Below are positions 20,401-29,226 of a stretch of 64,000 nt of DNA, one piece after another (position 1 is the first letter of the stretch; each line of letters starts with the position of its first letter). The notes under the pieces were generated by a model. The model saw only the letters and a program-made list of their open reading frames with translations, was not told the DNA's origin and made no database searches. The translations under genes and the position numbers were made by a program. The stretch lies in assembly GCA_048268245.1 (NCBI GenBank), contig JBLWVX010000002.1:32001-96000 (forward strand). Reading direction: 5' to 3'. This DNA comes from Arcobacteraceae bacterium. GTDB taxonomy: Bacteria; Campylobacterota; Campylobacteria; Campylobacterales; Arcobacteraceae.

Positions 20401-20981
20401 TCAAAGTTTAATGGATTAATTTGAGAATAAATAGTTGAAATTTTAATAGAAATATAATCAATATTTGGATTTTCTAAAGCTTTAAGATATTTTTCTATTC
20501 TTTCTTGGGCTTCTTCTTCTCCTAGTACTACTTCACCAATAAGGTTTACATTTATTCTAGTACCCTCTTCTCTTCTCATTTTAAGGTGTTTATTAAATGG
20601 CTCTTCTTCACCTTTTAAAACTACTGTTTTTGTATCATCTCTAATTTGATTAACAAACATAGGAACAGATAAATCAGGTAAGAATTTTCCAAAGTTTTTA
20701 AATAACCATAATAGAGTTTTATCTTTTGTTGTAAAGAAGTGAGCCATACCATGTTTTTCTAATAAAAATATGATTTGATCGGCTACTCTATCATTTGATT
20801 CACATCTAAAACATTGATCCATAAGCTCAATAAGTAATGCTTTATCTTCAGGATATTCAAGCATCTTATTCATTTTTTTATAAAACTCTCTATCATAATC
20901 ACTTACTAGCTCTGTTGCTCTACTTTGCCATTTTTGAGCTAACTTTATTGAAGATTCTATTAGTTCTTGTTCATTTTTCAT
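17406..20981 (-). CDS. putA: Bifunctional proline dehydrogenase / P5C dehydrogenase PutA (no N-terminal RHH domain)
   Basis: PRODH (DMEEY, RLVKGAN, YLVRRLDEN) plus ALDH (PWNFP, AETGGKD, GQKCSA, ELFGPVL). Confidence 0.96.
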   Translation of the reverse strand: MKNEQELIESSIKLAQKWQSRATELVSDYDREFYKKMNKMLEYPEDKALLIELMDQCFRCESNDRVADQIIFLLEKHGMAHFFTTKDKTLLWLFKNFGKFLPDLSVPMFVNQIRDDTKTVVLKGEEEPFNKHLKMRREEGTRINVNLIGEVVLGEEEAQERIEKYLKALENPNIDYISIKISTIYSQINPLNFEGTVQTLVKKLTRIYEQAKKYPYTAPDGTKSNKFINLDMEEYRDLDITVEVFKRTLELPQFKDFYAGIVLQAYIPDSFLVQKDLCQWAKTRVENGGSPIKFRLVKGANMEMEETEASQKHWELVTYTDKSDTDSNYKRMIRYALQSENAKYMHVGTGSHNLFEQAFAVELARVNNTSQYHTIEMLEGMSESARLAIKEISKNAILYGPTASKEQFTNAIAYLVRRLDENTGPNNFIRYSFGLEVGSRDWKMQEQLFRKSFENEKTSFVGAKRQQNRLEEKWDDFNGSSYDLGEYHAEADTDFVLPANQEWARNIVKKWKFSKDTQHQVAPVVVGGEDLIGDRKVVEAIDKSQVKEGVLAGKFANATAEDLKRAVEVAKEDVDGWRSLSHKQRHAMLKQAAIKVRQRRDDLIGVAAAEVGKIFTETDVEVSEAVDFIEFYAHSAQYWDRYENLEFSGKGVGVVVPPWNFPVAIPLGGVASTLAAGNTVIIKPASVAALTAYEMCKCFWDAGISKNVLQFVPCPGRLAGEHLIANKDVDFVILTGGEDTAYNMLETRPDLFLTAETGGKDATIVTNMADRDQAVKNVCLSAFNNSGQKCSATSLLVLEEEVYNDKSFRKALVDTAKSMSVGSVWDFSNRIGTLANPVGGALKQAINELEGNEEWALEPSYAEGNEFMLKPAIKWGVDEGNFIHKNELFGPVLAVMKAKDLKHAVEIVNSTGYGLTSGIESLDEREVEYWKANLKAGNLYVNRGTTGAIVLRQPFGGMGKSAIGAGRKVGIYNYITQFVDYTETKTPNVSRGYNSDLASFIESCAKTHNNREDFEKLGVALQSYYANYENEFSQEKDYCNVRGEDNHFRYIPLENVLIRVSSDDTLFEAVSRILAARVAGVHFKVSIENNNLVKDFLESNKTELFTSRDGLVEQSEEKMMKNISSYDRVIYSDIVKVSPTVFKEANKSTTFIVRAKPMMEGRLELLNYFIEQSVSHSYHRYGNIGARELKK

Positions 20982-21017
20982 CTATTTATCCTTAAAATTT
21001 ATTGTTTTTTAAATGAA

Positions 21018-21101
21018 TTTTAAGTAGCTTAGAGCGCACGCTTTTCATTTGTGCTCGTAAGAGGGGAGCAACCGCCAAGTATGCCCCTCTTGCTACTTAA
21101 A
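21018..21101. other. GC-rich three-stem structured element between livF and putA
   Basis: Outer TTTAAGTAGC/GCTACTTAAA stem enclosing GAGCGCA/TGTGCTC and AAGAGGGG/CCCCTCTT hairpins. Confidence 0.65.
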
Positions 21102-21119
21102 TATTTTTCTTCTTCTTAA

Positions 21120-21842
21120 TTAATGTTTTTTTCCTAAATATGCTTCTTGAATTGTTTCTGAATTTAATAACTCTTCTGCTGTTCCAGCATGAGTAATTTT
21201 TCCAACTTCAAGTACATAAGCTCTATCAGCTAACTTCAATGCAGCCTTTGCATTTTGTTCAACTAATAAAACAGTTACTCCACTTTGAGCGATTTCTTTT
21301 ACAGCTTTGAAAATTGCTTTAATCAAAATTGGAGCTAATCCAAGTGATGGTTCATCAAGGATTAAAAGTTTTGGTTTTGACATAATAGCTCTACCAATTG
21401 CTAACATTTGTTGCTCACCACCTGAAAGTGTTCCAGCAAGTTGTTTTCTTCTCTCTTTTAATCTTGGCAAAATGTCATAAATCCACTCTAGTGTTTCTTT
21501 ATCATGATCTTTTAAAGTATAAGCTCCCATAAGCAAGTTTTCTTCAACTGTAAGTGTTCCAAAAACTCTTCTTCCTTCTGGTGAATGACTCATACCTAAA
21601 GTTACAATATCATGAGCAGCAGTTGCAGTAATATCATTTTTATCAAAAACAATATGACCTGACTTTGCTTTTAAAAGTCCTGAAATTGTTCTAAGAGTAG
21701 TAGTTTTCCCAGCACCATTAGCTCCTAGAATTGTTACAACTTCACCACGTCTAACTTGTAAAGATATACCTTTGATAGCGGCAATTGCTCCATATGAAAC
21801 ATGAAGATCTTTAATATCCAGTAATACTTCATTATTTACCAT
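21120..21842 (-). CDS. livF: HAAT (liv-type) ABC transporter ATPase
   Basis: GANGAGKTT, LSGGEQQMLAIGR, DEPSLGLAP. Confidence 0.93.
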   Translation of the reverse strand: MVNNEVLLDIKDLHVSYGAIAAIKGISLQVRRGEVVTILGANGAGKTTTLRTISGLLKAKSGHIVFDKNDITATAAHDIVTLGMSHSPEGRRVFGTLTVEENLLMGAYTLKDHDKETLEWIYDILPRLKERRKQLAGTLSGGEQQMLAIGRAIMSKPKLLILDEPSLGLAPILIKAIFKAVKEIAQSGVTVLLVEQNAKAALKLADRAYVLEVGKITHAGTAEELLNSETIQEAYLGKKH

Positions 21843-22618
21843 TATTCATCCTCCTCATCATCTGAACCAATATAAGCTTCAAGAACCTTTGGATCATTTT
21901 GAACAAAACTTGGTTCACCTTGAGAAATCTCTTTACCAAAGTTAATAACTGTAATATAATCAGTTAAGTTCATAACCATATCCATATCATGTTCAATCAT
22001 CATAATCCCAAGACCCATTTCTTTAATCTTTTGAATAATTGCTGTTAACTCAATAGTTTCATTTTCATTAAGTCCTGCAGCTGGTTCATCTAAGATTAAA
22101 AGTTCAGGTTCAGCAGCTAAAGCTCTTGCCATCTCTACTTTTCTTTGAACTCCATAAGATAAATCACCTGTTGGATGCATTGCAAATTTAGTTAAACCAA
22201 AAAACTCCATAAGTTCTTCAACCTTTTCCCAATGCTTTTTCTCATCAGCTCTGTATGCAGATGTATGAACAATTGAGTGGTACCATTTTTGAGTTGATTT
22301 TGTATGACATCCAGCCATAATGTTTTCAGCCACACTCATCTCTTTAAATAGTCTAATATTTTGGAATGTTCTTAAAACTCCCCTTTGGGCAATTTTATGT
22401 GGACTCATTCCTGTAATATTTTCACCTTTATATTTAATGCTTCCTTTTTCAGGAGTATAAATACCAGTTACACAGTTAAAAAGTGTAGTTTTACCAGCAC
22501 CATTAGGTCCAATAATTCCATAAATCTGACCTGGTTTTACTTTGATTGTTAAATCATCAATTGCAACTAAACCATGGAAAAACTTTGAAACGTTTTCAAT
22601 CTCTAATACGTAATCCAT
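21842..22618 (-). CDS. livG: HAAT (liv-type) ABC transporter ATPase
   Basis: GPNGAGKTT, RTFQNIRLF, DEPAAGLN. Confidence 0.93.
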   Translation of the reverse strand: MDYVLEIENVSKFFHGLVAIDDLTIKVKPGQIYGIIGPNGAGKTTLFNCVTGIYTPEKGSIKYKGENITGMSPHKIAQRGVLRTFQNIRLFKEMSVAENIMAGCHTKSTQKWYHSIVHTSAYRADEKKHWEKVEELMEFFGLTKFAMHPTGDLSYGVQRKVEMARALAAEPELLILDEPAAGLNENETIELTAIIQKIKEMGLGIMMIEHDMDMVMNLTDYITVINFGKEISQGEPSFVQNDPKVLEAYIGSDDEEDE

Positions 22619-23580
22619 TATTTCTCTCCTTGGCTTTTATTTGCTTTTTCTTTAATAAATTTAGGCACAATTCCAAATTTAGCTGGCCATACACCATTTG
22701 GTCTTAAAATCATTGTTAATACCATTGCTGCACCAAAGATTAGATATCTAGCTTCATCAAATTCAGTAAATAACTCTGGTAATACAAACATTACAAATGT
22801 TCCTATGATAATACCAGGAAGTGAAGCAGAACCACCCACAAGTACAATAGCAAAGAACATTACAGATTGCATAAAGTTAAATGACTCAGGAGATACAGCT
22901 GAATACTGAATAGCAAACACTGAACCAGCAGCACCTGCAATAGCAGCACCTAAAGCAAAGGCAAATAATTTATAGAATGAAATATTAATTCCCATAGATT
23001 TTGCTGCAATCTCATCTTTATTGATATAGTATAATGCTCTACCAAATGCTGATGTATCTAAGTTTCTAATAATTAATAATGTAATTAAAAGTAAACCAAA
23101 TGCAATATAGTAAATTGCAGTATCAGACCATAACTCATATCCAAATACTCTTACTACATCAATACCAAAAATACCATTTGGACCACCTGTTAAACCAAAA
23201 ATATCATTTGATAAAACTTGTTCAAAAATAATATTAAATCCAATAGTCGCAACTAAAAGGTAATCCCCTCTTAAGTGAATAATTGGACCAGCAAGTAATA
23301 CTGCTACAATCATAGGAAATAAAATTGCAAACGGAATTGTTGCAATAATTTCTAGTCCATAATGTACATTTAAAATAGCTGTTGTATATGCACCAATACC
23401 AAAGAAAATAGCATGACCCATATTGAAAATACCAGCTCTTCCTAAAATAATATCTTGAGAAAAAGCAACAACTGCAAATACTAAAAAAGTAATACCAATT
23501 GATAACCATGCTGAATCAACTAAAAACGGAAAAACTGCCATTATTGCTACAAAGGCAAGTAAAATATTTCTATTAATCAT
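22618..23580 (-). CDS. livM: HAAT ABC transporter permease
   Basis: LRGDYLLVATIGF, LTGGPNGI; multiple TM helices. Confidence 0.9.
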   Translation of the reverse strand: MINRNILLAFVAIMAVFPFLVDSAWLSIGITFLVFAVVAFSQDIILGRAGIFNMGHAIFFGIGAYTTAILNVHYGLEIIATIPFAILFPMIVAVLLAGPIIHLRGDYLLVATIGFNIIFEQVLSNDIFGLTGGPNGIFGIDVVRVFGYELWSDTAIYYIAFGLLLITLLIIRNLDTSAFGRALYYINKDEIAAKSMGINISFYKLFAFALGAAIAGAAGSVFAIQYSAVSPESFNFMQSVMFFAIVLVGGSASLPGIIIGTFVMFVLPELFTEFDEARYLIFGAAMVLTMILRPNGVWPAKFGIVPKFIKEKANKSQGEK

Positions 23581-24482
23581 TATACTTTCTCCGCTGTTTT
23601 TTCACCAAGAATACCTGTAGGTCTAAAGATTAAAATTACAATTAACAGAATAAATGTAAACGTTTCAGCCCATTCAGTTGAAACATATCCTGAAATCATT
23701 GCATTAAATAACCCTAGTAATAATCCACCAAGCATTGCTCCTGGAATTGAACCAATTCCACCAATAATAGCTGCAATAAATGCATTTAAACCATAAAGCC
23801 ATCCCATATCAAATGTTAAACCTCTGTAGTAAATACCAATAAATAAACCACCTATAGCACCAAGCATAGAACCAATGATAAAAATAGTCATAATAATTCT
23901 ATTTACATTAATACCCATAAGCTTCGCTGCATCTTGATCAATTGCAGTTGCTCTAATAGCTGTTCCAACTTTTGTTTTATTAATAAAGATATATAATCCA
24001 ATCATTAAAACTGCTGACAATGCTAAAATCACTAACTGTGTAAATGAAATAACTACTGTTCCAAAAGTCCATGATGTATCTGGGAATACATTTGATGGGA
24101 AAATCTCCATATTTGGACCCCAAATCAGCATAATTCCATTTTGAATTACTAAAGATGCTCCAAGTGCTGAAACAACGGCACTTAACCTTGGTGCAGTTCT
24201 TAAAGGTCTATAAGCAAGACGCTCAAGAAGAACACCCACGAATGCTACTACCACTGCTGTTAAAGAAAATACAATTACAATGTTTACAATATTTAGTGCA
24301 TTTGAACCATAAAACTGTGTAAAAATAGTCAGTCCCACATAAGCAGAAAAGGCTACAAGGTCACCGTGTGCGAAGTTAATTAACCTCATCACACCGTAAA
24401 CCATTGTATAACCTAAAGCTACCAATGCATATAAACTTCCTATAGTTAAACCATTAATTAACTGTTGAAGAAAAATATCCAT
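23580..24482 (-). CDS. livH: HAAT ABC transporter permease
   Basis: QQLINGLTIGSLYALVALGYTMVYG..INFAHG. Confidence 0.93.
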   Translation of the reverse strand: MDIFLQQLINGLTIGSLYALVALGYTMVYGVMRLINFAHGDLVAFSAYVGLTIFTQFYGSNALNIVNIVIVFSLTAVVVAFVGVLLERLAYRPLRTAPRLSAVVSALGASLVIQNGIMLIWGPNMEIFPSNVFPDTSWTFGTVVISFTQLVILALSAVLMIGLYIFINKTKVGTAIRATAIDQDAAKLMGINVNRIIMTIFIIGSMLGAIGGLFIGIYYRGLTFDMGWLYGLNAFIAAIIGGIGSIPGAMLGGLLLGLFNAMISGYVSTEWAETFTFILLIVILIFRPTGILGEKTAEKV

Positions 24483-24497
24483 TTTTTACCTTAAAAT

Positions 24498-25619
24498 TTA
24501 TTGCCCTACTACTTTGTAAGAACCGTCTTTTTGGATGCTGTAAACCATAAATTTAGCACCAATTCTTTCACCATCATTTCTAAATGTTACAGGTCCTGTA
24601 ATACCTGGGTAATCTTTTAGAGTATGTAAGTAATCTGAAATCTTTTTAGTATCAAAAGATTTTGTTTGCTCAACACCATGCATAATAGCTCTTAATCCAT
24701 CGGCATTTACAACTGCCCAAATTGAAGGTGGCTTCATGTTATAAGTATCTTCATACATACCTAAATATTTTTTAGCCTCTTTGTATGGTAAGATATCTGG
24801 AGTTGGGAAGTTAATAAGTGTAGTTCCCTCTGCTGCTTTTCCTGCAAGTTTTAAGAAATCTGGGTTATCATTTGAATCACCACCGATGAAATCAGCATCA
24901 ATTCCTAACTGTGCTTGTTGAGCTCTTAATAAACCACCATCAGTATAGTAACCTGAATAATAAATAGCATCAGGGTTCATAGCTTTAATTTTAGTAAGCA
25001 TTGCTGTAAAGTTTTGAGTTCCTGATTTGATTTTACCTCTAAATACAACATTTCCACCAAGTTTTTTGATAGAAGCTTCTGTAGCATCACCAAGACCTGT
25101 TGAATATGAAGAATAATCAGATAAAACTACAATATTTTTATATTTTTTTGTATTTACCATATACTCAGCTGTAAAATCACTTTGTGCTGAATTTGGGAAT
25201 GAGTTTCTAAAGAAAGTCCAGTATTTTTTCTTAATTAAATCATCAGATGTACCATCTGAAGTTTGTAATACTTTACTTCTATAATATGTAGTTTGAGCTG
25301 CTTGTGTAGCTCCTGAAGTATAAGATCCAATTACTGCAAATACACCAGCGTTTACTAATTTCTTAGCACAAACAGCTGCTTTTTGAGCTTTTGCTTCATC
25401 ATCACAAGTGATAACTTCAATTTGCTTACCAAGTAATCCGCCTTGCTCATTTTTCTCATTTACAATTAACTTAACAAATTGATCAATTCCTTGACCTTCA
25501 TTTGCATATTTTCCAGTAATTGGAGCTTGTACTCCGATTTTTACAGTATCAGCAGCTACTAGTGAACTTGCAACTACAGCACTTAGTGCTAAAGCACCTG
25601 TTAATTTTTTAAAATTCAT
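24498..25619 (-). CDS. livK: HAAT ABC transporter substrate-binding protein (proline a plausible ligand from context)
   Basis: Signal peptide from ATG 25619 (RBS AAGGAGAG), VKIGVQAPITG, periplasmic binding protein type 1 pattern. Confidence 0.88.
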   Translation of the reverse strand: MNFKKLTGALALSAVVASSLVAADTVKIGVQAPITGKYANEGQGIDQFVKLIVNEKNEQGGLLGKQIEVITCDDEAKAQKAAVCAKKLVNAGVFAVIGSYTSGATQAAQTTYYRSKVLQTSDGTSDDLIKKKYWTFFRNSFPNSAQSDFTAEYMVNTKKYKNIVVLSDYSSYSTGLGDATEASIKKLGGNVVFRGKIKSGTQNFTAMLTKIKAMNPDAIYYSGYYTDGGLLRAQQAQLGIDADFIGGDSNDNPDFLKLAGKAAEGTTLINFPTPDILPYKEAKKYLGMYEDTYNMKPPSIWAVVNADGLRAIMHGVEQTKSFDTKKISDYLHTLKDYPGITGPVTFRNDGERIGAKFMVYSIQKDGSYKVVGQ

Positions 25620-25654
25620 ATATCTCTCCTTAAATTTTTTTAATTTTAACTCTT

Positions 25655-26314
25655 CTAAAAAGTAGGCTCTATAATATAGCAACCCACACACCATTCACCT
25701 ATGTTGTCTATTTTATTAATCTCGCCTCCTTTAAAACTTGATTTTAAATTTTTATGTGAGTAAACAATCTTATCAAATGCTTCAATTATCTCTTCAACTC
25801 TTTTTTCGCTCTTTTTTCTTGCTGTATTTGAAATATCTAAGTAAAATGCAAATACACCATAATCTAAAGTAGAGTCTTCTTTTTTATCTCTTGAAATCAT
25901 CTTACACATTGTTTCAACATCATTTTTATACTCTTCTTGTACGTTTCTTACACCATTTTTTATACTCATAACAACTCTTGAAATTGAGTCATTATCACTT
26001 TTATGCTCAAATCTTTCATCAAGTGTAAGACATATAACATCGGGAGTTAAATAGTGTTCTTTCATAAACTCTCTAAATGCATCTCTTTTAGGTAATGAAC
26101 ATCTTAAAATATCTGCAATAGTTGCATCTATGAAAATCTCTGGTGGATTTTGAAGTTTTGCTATTTCTTGTGATACATGAATTGTAAGAAACTTTGGTGG
26201 AGCATATGATAAGTATAACTCATCAGCTGTCCAAAATGAGTAGTTTTTTTTTGCTTCTTTTATTCCAGTCATCACTGCATCAATAACTTCATTTTTTGAA
26301 GGGAAGTTATTCAT
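25655..26314 (-). CDS. Hypothetical protein, possibly a degenerate PD-(D/E)xK-like fold
   Basis: ATG 26314 with GGAG RBS overlaps the stop of the upstream gene; fold call is by-eye inference. Confidence 0.75.
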   Translation of the reverse strand: MNNFPSKNEVIDAVMTGIKEAKKNYSFWTADELYLSYAPPKFLTIHVSQEIAKLQNPPEIFIDATIADILRCSLPKRDAFREFMKEHYLTPDVICLTLDERFEHKSDNDSISRVVMSIKNGVRNVQEEYKNDVETMCKMISRDKKEDSTLDYGVFAFYLDISNTARKKSEKRVEEIIEAFDKIVYSHKNLKSSFKGGEINKIDNIGEWCVGCYIIEPTF

Positions 26315-26546
26315 TATCATCTCCAACATAGTTTTCATCAACTTCTTGAATTATTCCACTTTCACAAAGAATATCTTCAATCAATCTATTTTTTGAAATA
26401 TTTAAAGACTGACTTAAAACAACTAAAGCATTATCTAGTCTTTTATCAATTTTGATAGTCAACTGAGATATTTCTTTTTTATTACTTTTTAAATGATTAT
26501 TAATAACCTTTTGGATTACTGTTCTTTTATTTTTTTGTTTTGCCAT
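26307..26546 (-). CDS. Ribbon-helix-helix-like DNA-binding protein
   Basis: SQLTIKID beta-strand pattern followed by two helices (KRLDNALVVLSQSLN-ISKNRLIEDIL). Confidence 0.7.
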   Translation of the reverse strand: MAKQKNKRTVIQKVINNHLKSNKKEISQLTIKIDKRLDNALVVLSQSLNISKNRLIEDILCESGIIQEVDENYVGDDNE

Positions 26547-26570
26547 CTTAAATTCTCTAAATAAATTTTA

Positions 26571-26589
26571 GTACTACTTTTAGTAGTAC
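26571..26589. promoter_or_regulatory. Perfect palindrome GTACTACT-TTT-AGTAGTAC, candidate operator
   Basis: 8-3-8 inverted repeat 25 bp upstream of the RHH gene. Confidence 0.6.
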
Positions 26590-26689
26590 CTTTTTTCATT
26601 TAGTCATTATTTCATAGCAAAACTTAACTGATTCTTAATTTTTATAGATAAATTATATACTTTTTAGACAATTGTTACAAAAAAGTTGC

Positions 26690-26709
26690 AAATGCTATTC
26701 TATTGCTAT
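26690..26709 (-). promoter_or_regulatory. Direct-repeat box TAGCAAT-N4-TAGCATT upstream of the RHH-liv-putA operon
   Basis: Minus strand ATAGCAATAGAATAGCATTT; TATAAT at 26657-26652. Confidence 0.6.
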
Positions 26710-26726
26710 TCAAGGTACTTTATTAG

Positions 26727-27608
26727 CTATTTTGAGAATTTAAATTGTTGAATTACTAAACCTAAAACAATAGTACTTAAACCTATAACTGTAGATACGT
26801 ATATCTTCTCTCCAACAATAAAATATATAAATACTAAAGACAAAAATGGAGATATAAAAATTAGATTTGCTATTTTTGAAGTTGACGTTGCACTTTGCAT
26901 AGCTTTTAACCAAAACAAAAATGTAATACCCATTTCAAACATTCCCACATAACTTGCTGCTAAAATACCATTTAATGATGGCAAGTTTACTGGTTGTGTT
27001 AATAAAAAATAAACAATAATTATTGGAAGAGAAACTAAAAAGTTACTAAACAATCCAACAATAGGGTCAACTTTTGATTTTGTATTTAAAATCCAATACA
27101 TAGACCAAAGAACAGTAGATAATAAAGCTAAAAAAACTCCATCTAGATTTGAAAAGTTAAGTGAAAAAGGTTCACCTTTTGTTGAAATAATTAAAACCCC
27201 AAAATAACAAATGATACCTGCAACTATATCATTTATTGTAAGTTTCTGTTTTAAAAATATTACTGATAAAAAAGCTAACATCAATGCCCAAGTATAATTA
27301 ATAGCTTGAGCTTCTTGCGCAGGTAATAAATCATAGGCTTTAAATAAAACAACATAATATAAAAAAGGATTAATAAGTCCAAGCAAAAAAACTATTTTAA
27401 AGTTGTTTTTTATATGTTCTTTTACAAGAGCAAATTTCTTTTCATATGCTATTACTAAAGATAAAACTAAGGTAGAACTAATTGATGCATATAAAACTAG
27501 CTCATAGGGTGTTAAATAATCAAGTGAGATTTTAAAAGCAGTAGCAACTGTTGACCAAAAAAATATTGCTATTAGTGCATATTTATATGCTGTAGTTTGA
27601 GTATTAAT
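26727..27608 (-). CDS. DMT/EamA family transporter, probable ATT start codon
   Basis: Frame stays open 74 codons upstream of the ORF-track start and encodes AYKYALIAIFFWSTVATAFK; RBS AAAGGA 6 nt before ATT 27608. Confidence 0.85.
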   Translation of the reverse strand: MNTQTTAYKYALIAIFFWSTVATAFKISLDYLTPYELVLYASISSTLVLSLVIAYEKKFALVKEHIKNNFKIVFLLGLINPFLYYVVLFKAYDLLPAQEAQAINYTWALMLAFLSVIFLKQKLTINDIVAGIICYFGVLIISTKGEPFSLNFSNLDGVFLALLSTVLWSMYWILNTKSKVDPIVGLFSNFLVSLPIIIVYFLLTQPVNLPSLNGILAASYVGMFEMGITFLFWLKAMQSATSTSKIANLIFISPFLSLVFIYFIVGEKIYVSTVIGLSTIVLGLVIQQFKFSK

Positions 27609-27660
27609 GTTAAATCCTTTAAAAGAAAGAATTGTAACATAAAAGTTATACGTTTATTTC

Positions 27661-28263
27661 TTAAACTTTTTGTTTTTTTGTTTTTTTATAGTACCAGTAT
27701 CCTAAAACAACTAAAGCTAATAAAATACCAACTATTATATATCTTAAATACTCTTTTACTAAAGCTTCGTTATCACCAATAAAGTAACCAAGAAGAGTAA
27801 GCACAACTACCCAAATACCTGCACCAAGTGTAGTATAAATTGAGAAAACTAGTAAGTTCATTCTAGCAAGTCCTGCTGGGAATGAGATATATTGTCTAAC
27901 AGCGGGGATTAACCTACCTGAAAAAGTTGATATATGACCATGACTTTTAAAGAACTCTTCCATTTTATTAATAGTTTCTTCTTTTATAAAAAAGTATTTG
28001 CCATATTTAATTAAAAAAGCTCTACCAAATTTAACTGCTAAGAAGTAGTTTAAAAGTGCACCTGAAAGTGAACCTAGAATACCAAAGAAAATAGCAAGAA
28101 ATAGATTCATTTCACCTTTATATGCTAGGTATCCTGCTGGAACCATTACAACTTCTGAAGGGAAAGGAAAGAATGAACTTTCTAAAAACATCATAATAAA
28201 AATACCTGCATAGCCTAAACTACCAACAGTGTCTACTATAAAGTTTACTATATCTGCTAACAT
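27661..28263 (-). CDS. DedA family membrane protein
   Basis: [32 protein letters not shown]. Confidence 0.93.
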   Translation of the reverse strand: MLADIVNFIVDTVGSLGYAGIFIMMFLESSFFPFPSEVVMVPAGYLAYKGEMNLFLAIFFGILGSLSGALLNYFLAVKFGRAFLIKYGKYFFIKEETINKMEEFFKSHGHISTFSGRLIPAVRQYISFPAGLARMNLLVFSIYTTLGAGIWVVVLTLLGYFIGDNEALVKEYLRYIIVGILLALVVLGYWYYKKTKKQKV

Positions 28264-28270
28264 TAATATC

Positions 28271-28786
28271 CTAAATTAATTTTTTCCATCTTTCGATGGA
28301 ATTGTTTATAAGTTTAAAAATCTCTTCATTACTTGGTTTTTCTTCATCAAAATAATCAGATACAATTTTTAAAATATAAAAATCTTTGATTTTTTCTTTA
28401 CAACTATCTTTGAAAAATGAAGCCTGCTTATCAACTAGAAGTGTTTCTAAGTTTTCATCAGTCTCTAAGTTTTCTTCAACAGTAGTAATATTTGCGAAGT
28501 TAAGTCCAAAAATGAATCTATTTGTACAAAAAAGTGTTCCTAATGCAATTGTGCCATCACTACAAGAAGCTATGCTTAAATCAAATGCTTTAGAAATATC
28601 GTAATTTTTAAATATGTAGTTTAGAGATTCTAAGATTTCTTCTTTACTTACACCTGATATTATAAGTAAAATGTCATCATTAGAATAAATATTTTTCCTA
28701 GAGTCGTTTAATTCTTTTAAATTAAAAAACTCTATGATTGGTTTTGCCTCTACCTTTGAGGTAGTATGAATTAATATCTTAGACAT
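28271..28786 (-). CDS. Truncated/degenerate nucleoside phosphorylase-fold protein
   Basis: EAKPII, LIISGV, LVDKQA (usually VDMEA), LKIVSD. Confidence 0.6.
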   Translation of the reverse strand: MSKILIHTTSKVEAKPIIEFFNLKELNDSRKNIYSNDDILLIISGVSKEEILESLNYIFKNYDISKAFDLSIASCSDGTIALGTLFCTNRFIFGLNFANITTVEENLETDENLETLLVDKQASFFKDSCKEKIKDFYILKIVSDYFDEEKPSNEEIFKLINNSIERWKKLI

Positions 28787-28792
28787 AGTATA

Positions 28793-28814
28793 AACTAAGG
28801 GGTTAACCTTAGTT
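28793..28814 (-). terminator. Terminator after rplS
   Basis: AACTAAGG/CCTTAGTT hairpin. Confidence 0.6.
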
Positions 28815-28816
28815 AA

Positions 28817-29173
28817 TTACTTTTTAAGCTCTTTAATTCTTGCAGCTTTACCTTTTAATCCTCTTAAGTAGTGAAGTTTAGCTCTTCTTACTCTACCTCT
28901 TCTGATTACCTCAAAAGATTTTAAAGACTCAGAGTATAATGGGAAGATTCTTTCAACACCAACAGAGTTAGCACCGATTTTTCTTACAGTAAATGTAGAA
29001 TCAACACCGTTACCAGCTCTAGCAATAACGATACCTTCGAAAGTTTGAATTCTAGTTTTTGAACCTTCTTTAATTTCAACACCTAATCTAACTGTATCAC
29101 CAGCTCTAAACTGAGGAATTTCTTTGTTTGCAATTTGCGCTGCTTCAAAAGCTGCAATATATCTGTTTTTCAT
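28817..29173 (-). CDS. rplS: 50S ribosomal protein L19
   Basis: [28 protein letters not shown]. Confidence 0.98.
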   Translation of the reverse strand: MKNRYIAAFEAAQIANKEIPQFRAGDTVRLGVEIKEGSKTRIQTFEGIVIARAGNGVDSTFTVRKIGANSVGVERIFPLYSESLKSFEVIRRGRVRRAKLHYLRGLKGKAARIKELKK

Positions 29174-29226
29174 GTCTTTACCTTTGGTGAAAGTGCCCGC
29201 ATTTGCAAGTTGCGGGGTATCACACT

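Noticed and set aside
25620..25694. N-terminal extension of livK in the ORF track
   Set aside because: Strong RBS and signal peptide point to ATG 25619; the extension overlaps the upstream gene
26685..26690. GTTGCA, identical to the E. coli PutA-RHH core site, upstream of the put operon
   Set aside because: A single hexamer is expected by chance and the RHH protein here is not evidently PutA-derived
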